DNA of 61,068 nucleotides from Paenibacillaceae bacterium (GTDB lineage Bacteria; Bacillota; Bacilli; Paenibacillales; JAWLCZ01): NCBI GenBank assembly GCA_041686835.1, contig JAWLCZ010000001.1, positions 1 to 61,068 of the forward strand, read 5' to 3'. Shown piece by piece: positions 56,755 to 61,068 of this stretch (position 1 is its first letter; each line of letters starts with the position of its first letter). The notes under the pieces were generated by a model. It saw only the letters and a program-made list of their open reading frames with translations, ran no database searches and was not told where the DNA came from. The position numbers and the translations under genes were made by a program.

Positions 56755-57618
56755 ATGAAATTTCAAATTGATTTGGAATATACGCCAAGGAGCCCGATAC
56801 CCGGCGTTCCTTTCACCGAATCGAGTTTCAGCCGCCGGAAAACATCGTTTACACTGGATACGAAAGAAATCGGAGTGGCCTTAATCGATCTGTGGAATTT
56901 CGGATGGGAAGACGGGCCTCTTGTTGCGGAACTTGGGGCTGAATTAAGCTTGGAACGCGGAATATCCCACGCGGTGCGAAAAAGAAACATCATCGAGAAT
57001 CGGATTAGCCCTGCTGTAAACGAATTGAGAAAACTCGGCGTGCAAATCTTTCACTGCAATCATGCGCATTTTTTGCAAAAGTATCCTGAATGGCACGATT
57101 CCACTACGCAGGAAGAACGGGAATCGCTCGCGCTTCAGGACGACAGCCCTTCTTATACTGTCATGCAACATCCTGAAGATTGGCCCCCCGCCGATTGGAT
57201 AACATCGTGGAAAGATATGCATCGCGACCATATCGATAACCTTGAATGGTTGGAGAAACAGGGAGAAGTATATGAGCAAATGGACATTCCGGAGCCGGTC
57301 AAGCCCCGCCGCGGCGATCTGCTTGTCTTCTCCCAGGAGCAGTTCCACCGACTGTTAACGGAGAAGAAGATCCGGACGCTTTTCTATATGGGATTCGAGA
57401 CGAGCGAATGCGTCCGGTATAGTCCGTATGGCATGCAAAATATGAACGGTTACGGGTATATGTGCAATATTGTGCGCGATTGTACCGCGACGTACGAAAC
57501 CGCAGAAACTCTGGATGGTTTGTGGAAAACAAGAGTGCACATCATTGAGATGGAAGCGAAGTACGGTTATTCAGTTACCTCCGCTTCGCTTGTCGCAGCA
57601 GTAAAGACCGCTAAATGA
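56755..57618 (+). CDS. Isochorismatase-family (cysteine hydrolase)-like protein
   Basis: IGVALIDLWNFGW (substrate-site strand) and LFYMGFETSECVRYS (nucleophile Cys context). ATG at 56755. Confidence 0.55.
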   Translation: MKFQIDLEYTPRSPIPGVPFTESSFSRRKTSFTLDTKEIGVALIDLWNFGWEDGPLVAELGAELSLERGISHAVRKRNIIENRISPAVNELRKLGVQIFHCNHAHFLQKYPEWHDSTTQEERESLALQDDSPSYTVMQHPEDWPPADWITSWKDMHRDHIDNLEWLEKQGEVYEQMDIPEPVKPRRGDLLVFSQEQFHRLLTEKKIRTLFYMGFETSECVRYSPYGMQNMNGYGYMCNIVRDCTATYETAETLDGLWKTRVHIIEMEAKYGYSVTSASLVAAVKTAK

Positions 57619-57715
57619 TATGGGGAGCAAACGCATTCATTCGGAGTATAGAACAGCGAACCGGCCGTTTCAAGTCACGGACAAATCCGGGAGCGTTTGG
57701 AGAGCGGGGAAATCT

Positions 57716-58369
57716 ATGCGGACGCATAAGATTAAAGGAATTATTTTCGATATGGATAATACGATAGTGAGATCCAAAATCGACTTCGGGCGTATGAAAG
57801 GGGAACTTTTCGATTTTCTGACCGCTCAAGGCGTGATCCCGCCAGACTTTCCGGTCGATCAGCATACTTCTGCTTCTATGATTGATCACGCCCGGCGTAC
57901 TCCATCGTTCCCTCCGGAATTATTACATGAACTATGGAACATATGCGCCAAACACGAAGCCATGGGAATGAAGGATGCGGATCTTGAACCCGGAGTCATC
58001 GAACTGCTGGATCGGATGCATAACAAGCGAAAGCTGGTCATTCTGACCAACAATTCGCATGCTGCGGCGATAGCGGCATTAGAGAGAAACAACATTGATC
58101 ATTATTTTGAGCATGTAATCGCCCGGGAACAGGTGCAGTTTATGAAACCCGCGCCGGACGGAGTGCATGCTATTTTGAATCTGTACAGCGATACGACGCC
58201 GGAGGAATGGATATCGGTGGGCGATGCCTGGATAGACGGAAAAGCGTCGCAGGATGCGGGCGTCAAGTTTGTTTCTTATCAGGGCGATGCCGCATTGATG
58301 CGGCAAAAGGGAGTGCATCCTGCAGGTTCCATCGACCGAATCGGGGATTTGCTGCAATATCTCGATTGA
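57716..58369 (+). CDS. HAD-superfamily hydrolase
   Basis: Motif I IIFDMDNTIV, motif II VILTNNS, motif IV SVGDAWIDGKAS. Confidence 0.8.
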   Translation: MRTHKIKGIIFDMDNTIVRSKIDFGRMKGELFDFLTAQGVIPPDFPVDQHTSASMIDHARRTPSFPPELLHELWNICAKHEAMGMKDADLEPGVIELLDRMHNKRKLVILTNNSHAAAIAALERNNIDHYFEHVIAREQVQFMKPAPDGVHAILNLYSDTTPEEWISVGDAWIDGKASQDAGVKFVSYQGDAALMRQKGVHPAGSIDRIGDLLQYLD

Positions 58370-58425
58370 ATATGGTTTCAGGTTCGGCAATGAGCGAAAA
58401 ATATCATTAAGGTCAGGAGTGTGTC

Positions 58426-58968
58426 ATGAAACGCAAATATGCAGACCGGCCCAATTGGACGAGAATTATCGAGAAATCGTATAAAGGGATATTCATTGAC
58501 GAAGATTCGTTTTACGGGTATGCAGCGCTGCTAACCCTCGATAAAGTCAAAGAGCCGTTAATAGTGAACTATGCGGAAAACGCTATTTGCATTGTTAATG
58601 ACGGGTTTGCGTGGCTGCAGCATTTTCCTCTTCATGGCAGTTACGTTCTGACTTCGACATTTGACAGCGAAGGCGTCCTGGTTCAATGGTACTTCGACAT
58701 CGTTAAGAAAGTAGGTTTGTCGGATGAAGGAATACCGTATTGCGATGATTTGTACCTTGATGTAGTGGCCTTGCCGACCGGAGAGATATATACGTTGGAT
58801 GAAGAAGAGCTTTTAGAAGCGCTTGAACAGGAGAGGATTACACAGGAAGACTATGATTACGCTCTTTCGGAAGCGAGCGCATTAATTCGGAGCATAGAAC
58901 AGGGAAAAAATGCTTTGATGAATTCAAGTCAAACCTATTACAATTTTCTCAAGACTTTGGGAAAATGA
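58426..58968 (+). CDS. DUF402 (Ntdp/FomD-like nucleoside di/triphosphatase) family protein
   Basis: VLVQWYFDIV..YCDDLYLDVVALPTGEIYTLDEEELLEAL. Confidence 0.6.
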   Translation: MKRKYADRPNWTRIIEKSYKGIFIDEDSFYGYAALLTLDKVKEPLIVNYAENAICIVNDGFAWLQHFPLHGSYVLTSTFDSEGVLVQWYFDIVKKVGLSDEGIPYCDDLYLDVVALPTGEIYTLDEEELLEALEQERITQEDYDYALSEASALIRSIEQGKNALMNSSQTYYNFLKTLGK

Positions 58969-59036
58969 GCGTCATTCTACAATTAACCATGTACACCATA
59001 AACCGCATGAAATAAAACAGAAGCGGGTGAACGTCA

Positions 59037-59771
59037 GTGAAGGATACGGTACATATTTTAGGCGTTCCGATTTCGAAACGGACGATGGCGCAAACGGTCC
59101 GGTTGTTGGAAGAGCAGATAGACAAACCGTGTTCAAGACCGTTTCATCTCATCACGGCCAATCCGGAAATCGTGATGAAGCATCAGAAGGATGAACAGCT
59201 GCAAAACATCGTTCGCGAAGCCGATTTGGTTACCGCGGACGGGGTTGGAATTCTCCTTGCCTCAAGATGGAAAGGCACGGCGATCGCCGAACGGGTAACG
59301 GGATACGACTTGCTTATTCAACTGCTGCATACAGGCAACCGGAAAGGCTGGTCGTTTTATTTTCTCGGATCGGACGAGGAAACGAACAAAACAGCGGTAG
59401 AGAACATCAAGAAGAAGTTCCCGAATGTTCAAATCGCCGGCAGACATCACGGATTCTTTAACAAAGATGAAGAAGAGAACCTGTTGAATGACATCGAAAC
59501 CGCTCAGCCGGATGTATTGGCGGTTGCCTTAGGGGCTCCGTTTGCCGAGAAATGGATATATGCACATAAGCCGAGGTTAAAGACAAAGGTGGCCTTCGGT
59601 GTGGGAGGAAGTCTGGATGTGGTTGCCGGCAAAGCCAGAAGGGCCCCGCTCATCTGGCAGAGGCTTCAATTGGAATGGCTGTACCGGCTTTTGTCCCAGC
59701 CATCGCGATGGAGAAGGCAGCGGATACTTCCCGTTTTTGCGTATAAAGCGTTTATGGACAGAAACCGTTAA
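59037..59771 (+). CDS. tagA: WecB/TagA/CpsF-family glycosyltransferase
   Basis: ILGVPISKRTMAQTV.., HLITANPEIVM, ADLVTADGVGILLASRWKG, FYFLGSDEE, WLYRLLSQPSRWRR. Confidence 0.85.
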   Translation: MKDTVHILGVPISKRTMAQTVRLLEEQIDKPCSRPFHLITANPEIVMKHQKDEQLQNIVREADLVTADGVGILLASRWKGTAIAERVTGYDLLIQLLHTGNRKGWSFYFLGSDEETNKTAVENIKKKFPNVQIAGRHHGFFNKDEEENLLNDIETAQPDVLAVALGAPFAEKWIYAHKPRLKTKVAFGVGGSLDVVAGKARRAPLIWQRLQLEWLYRLLSQPSRWRRQRILPVFAYKAFMDRNR

Positions 59772-59838
59772 CAACGCTAACTATGTTGAACGAAGCGTGA
59801 ACCATCTATACCTTACCGGAAGGAATGGGGGATGTGCG

Positions 59839-60384
59839 ATGTTTTCCTGCGAATTGAACGATGAAGTGCAGCTGAGAATGTTGGAACAAAGGCATGCTGA
59901 CGAATTGTACCGGCTGACGGACCGGAATCGAAATTATTTGCGGACATGGCTTCCCTGGGTAGACGCCACGAACAGTAAACAAGACACGATGCATTTCATT
60001 GAAGCGTCCCTTAAACAGTATGCCAACCATAACGGATTCAACTGCGGCATTTTTTATCGCAATACCCTTGTCGGATGCATCGGATACAACGGCATCGACT
60101 GGCCGAACAAAAAAACCGCCATCGGCTACTGGTTGGCTGAACCGTATCAAGGCAAAGGCATTATGACGAATTGTTGCAAGGAGCTTGTTCGTTATGCCTT
60201 GGAAGAACTGAACCTCAATCGCGTCGAAATTCGCGCAGGGGTTGAGAATTATAAAAGCAGGGCCATACCTGAAAGACTCGGGTTCAAGCAGGAAGGGATA
60301 TTGAGACAGGCGGAATGGGTCAACCACCGGTTTATCGATCACGCCGTTTATTCCATGCTGGCAGAGGAGTGGACAAAGATTTAA
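59839..60384 (+). CDS. GNAT N-acetyltransferase (RimJ/RimL-like)
   Basis: LRMLEQRHADELYRL.., IGYWLAEPYQGKGIMTNCCKELVRYALEELNLNRVEIRAGVENYKSRAIPERLGF. ATG at 59839; the listed longer ORF overlaps tagA. Confidence 0.8.
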   Translation: MFSCELNDEVQLRMLEQRHADELYRLTDRNRNYLRTWLPWVDATNSKQDTMHFIEASLKQYANHNGFNCGIFYRNTLVGCIGYNGIDWPNKKTAIGYWLAEPYQGKGIMTNCCKELVRYALEELNLNRVEIRAGVENYKSRAIPERLGFKQEGILRQAEWVNHRFIDHAVYSMLAEEWTKI

Positions 60385-61068
60385 GCCTGCGTCCGTTCCG
60401 CAGACCGTAGCCCCTCATTCATCCGCATAGGTCCGATTGCGTTCCGCCTGACCGAACAACTTCGTCGGGTGGCAAGCATTCCACTGGAAAATATACAATG
60501 TTTTACGAGGTACAAGTTCATACATGCTAGTGACATTGGATATTGTCCATTCAAATCACCTTAAAAATGACTGCTCCGGAGGAAAAATGGGCGCTTGATT
60601 GGATAAATTCCAACAGAGATGGCCAAAATAGCCGCTCCTGCGGAATTCTGTTGGATCTTTTCCAATAGGGTCATGATGTCCCGCGGTATCGTTAACGATC
60701 CGGCGTCTGCAGTCAGGGATACCGGTGCATTGGCGATCGTCGGCAAAAAGGAAGTCCCGCTGTGCGAGGACTTTCTTTTTGCGTATAAAGTACAAAAGTT
60801 CGCCGACAGGCCTGCCATGAAAGTTCCAATGAGTCCGGCTGGAAATAAGAAGGCAAAAACCGTGCAATACAGAACAATCTTCCCGCCGATGCATAAATCC
60901 CCCTATGTTCTGCCTTTTGTCCGAATCGGTTGATCCGTATGATCTTCCGCCCGATGCAATAATAATTTCAAATAAATATTGCACTAGTGCAAAACTTTTG
61001 TATATAATCTAAAAGTAAAGACTTGCGCAAACATATTTTAACTCGGGAAAAATATTGTCGTATATGAA

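Noticed and set aside
1-61068. Scan for CRISPR arrays, IS elements/transposases, integrases, tRNA and rRNA genes
   Set aside because: Reading the sequence and ORF set revealed no spaced direct-repeat array, no transposase- or integrase-like ORF, and no tRNA- or rRNA-like segment. A tRNAscan, Infernal or ISfinder run would be needed to exclude small elements.

Overview
This is a chromosomal window from what looks like a Paenibacillus-like Bacillota genome. That attribution is an inference from copper-amine-oxidase-stalk secreted proteins, LplABC-type sugar ABC transporters, many ECF sigma factors, GGAGG ribosome-binding sites and mid-50s %GC by eye. I recognised no rRNA, tRNA, CRISPR array, transposase or integrase.

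Layout, left to right:
- 1-9.9 kb: an AT-rich defence island. It holds the 3' part of a type II CBASS operon (Cap2 E2/E1 cut by the window edge, Cap3 JAB, Cap5 HNH-SAVED), an XRE regulator and a complete type I R-M system (hsdMSR).
- 10-12.6 kb: a secreted BNR/Asp-box propeller protein and a VOC protein.
- 12.8-23 kb: a sulfur / sulfated-glycan locus. Two TauD/AtsK-type dioxygenases lie divergent from an ABC importer, two cytoplasmic Cys-type sulfatases and an anSME radical-SAM maturase with a SEC-C tail. The shared intergenic region carries back-to-back promoters, each followed by a structured leader and an intrinsic terminator.
- 23-28.7 kb: an ECF sigma module, a GNAT remnant, GH43, and a WYL regulator with VOC and DinB.
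- 29-38.5 kb: a complete monoderm-type Tad/Flp pilus locus (tadV-cpaB-tadZ-tadA-tadB-tadC-flp-tadE ... tadG). Three unassigned genes are inserted between tadE and tadG, with a polymorphic-toxin/immunity-like architecture. I rate this the most interesting feature.
- 38.6-44.6 kb: a LacI-RpiB-ABC-ADP-ribosylglycohydrolase operon with a duplicated operator.
- 44.7-46.8 kb: a TetR-controlled MBL-hydrolase operon with twin palindromic operators.
- 47.1-47.6 kb: a clear c-di-AMP (ydaO-class) riboswitch that controls only a 59-codon membrane ORF.
- 47.6-61 kb: miscellaneous accessory genes. These include an SDR epimerase, VOC, P-loop kinase, alpha/beta hydrolase, a sigma factor with a long C-terminal extension, an ECF sigma/TPR module, isochorismatase-like, HAD, DUF402, tagA and GNAT.

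All functional calls come from motifs read in the translated ORFs. No database search was run.
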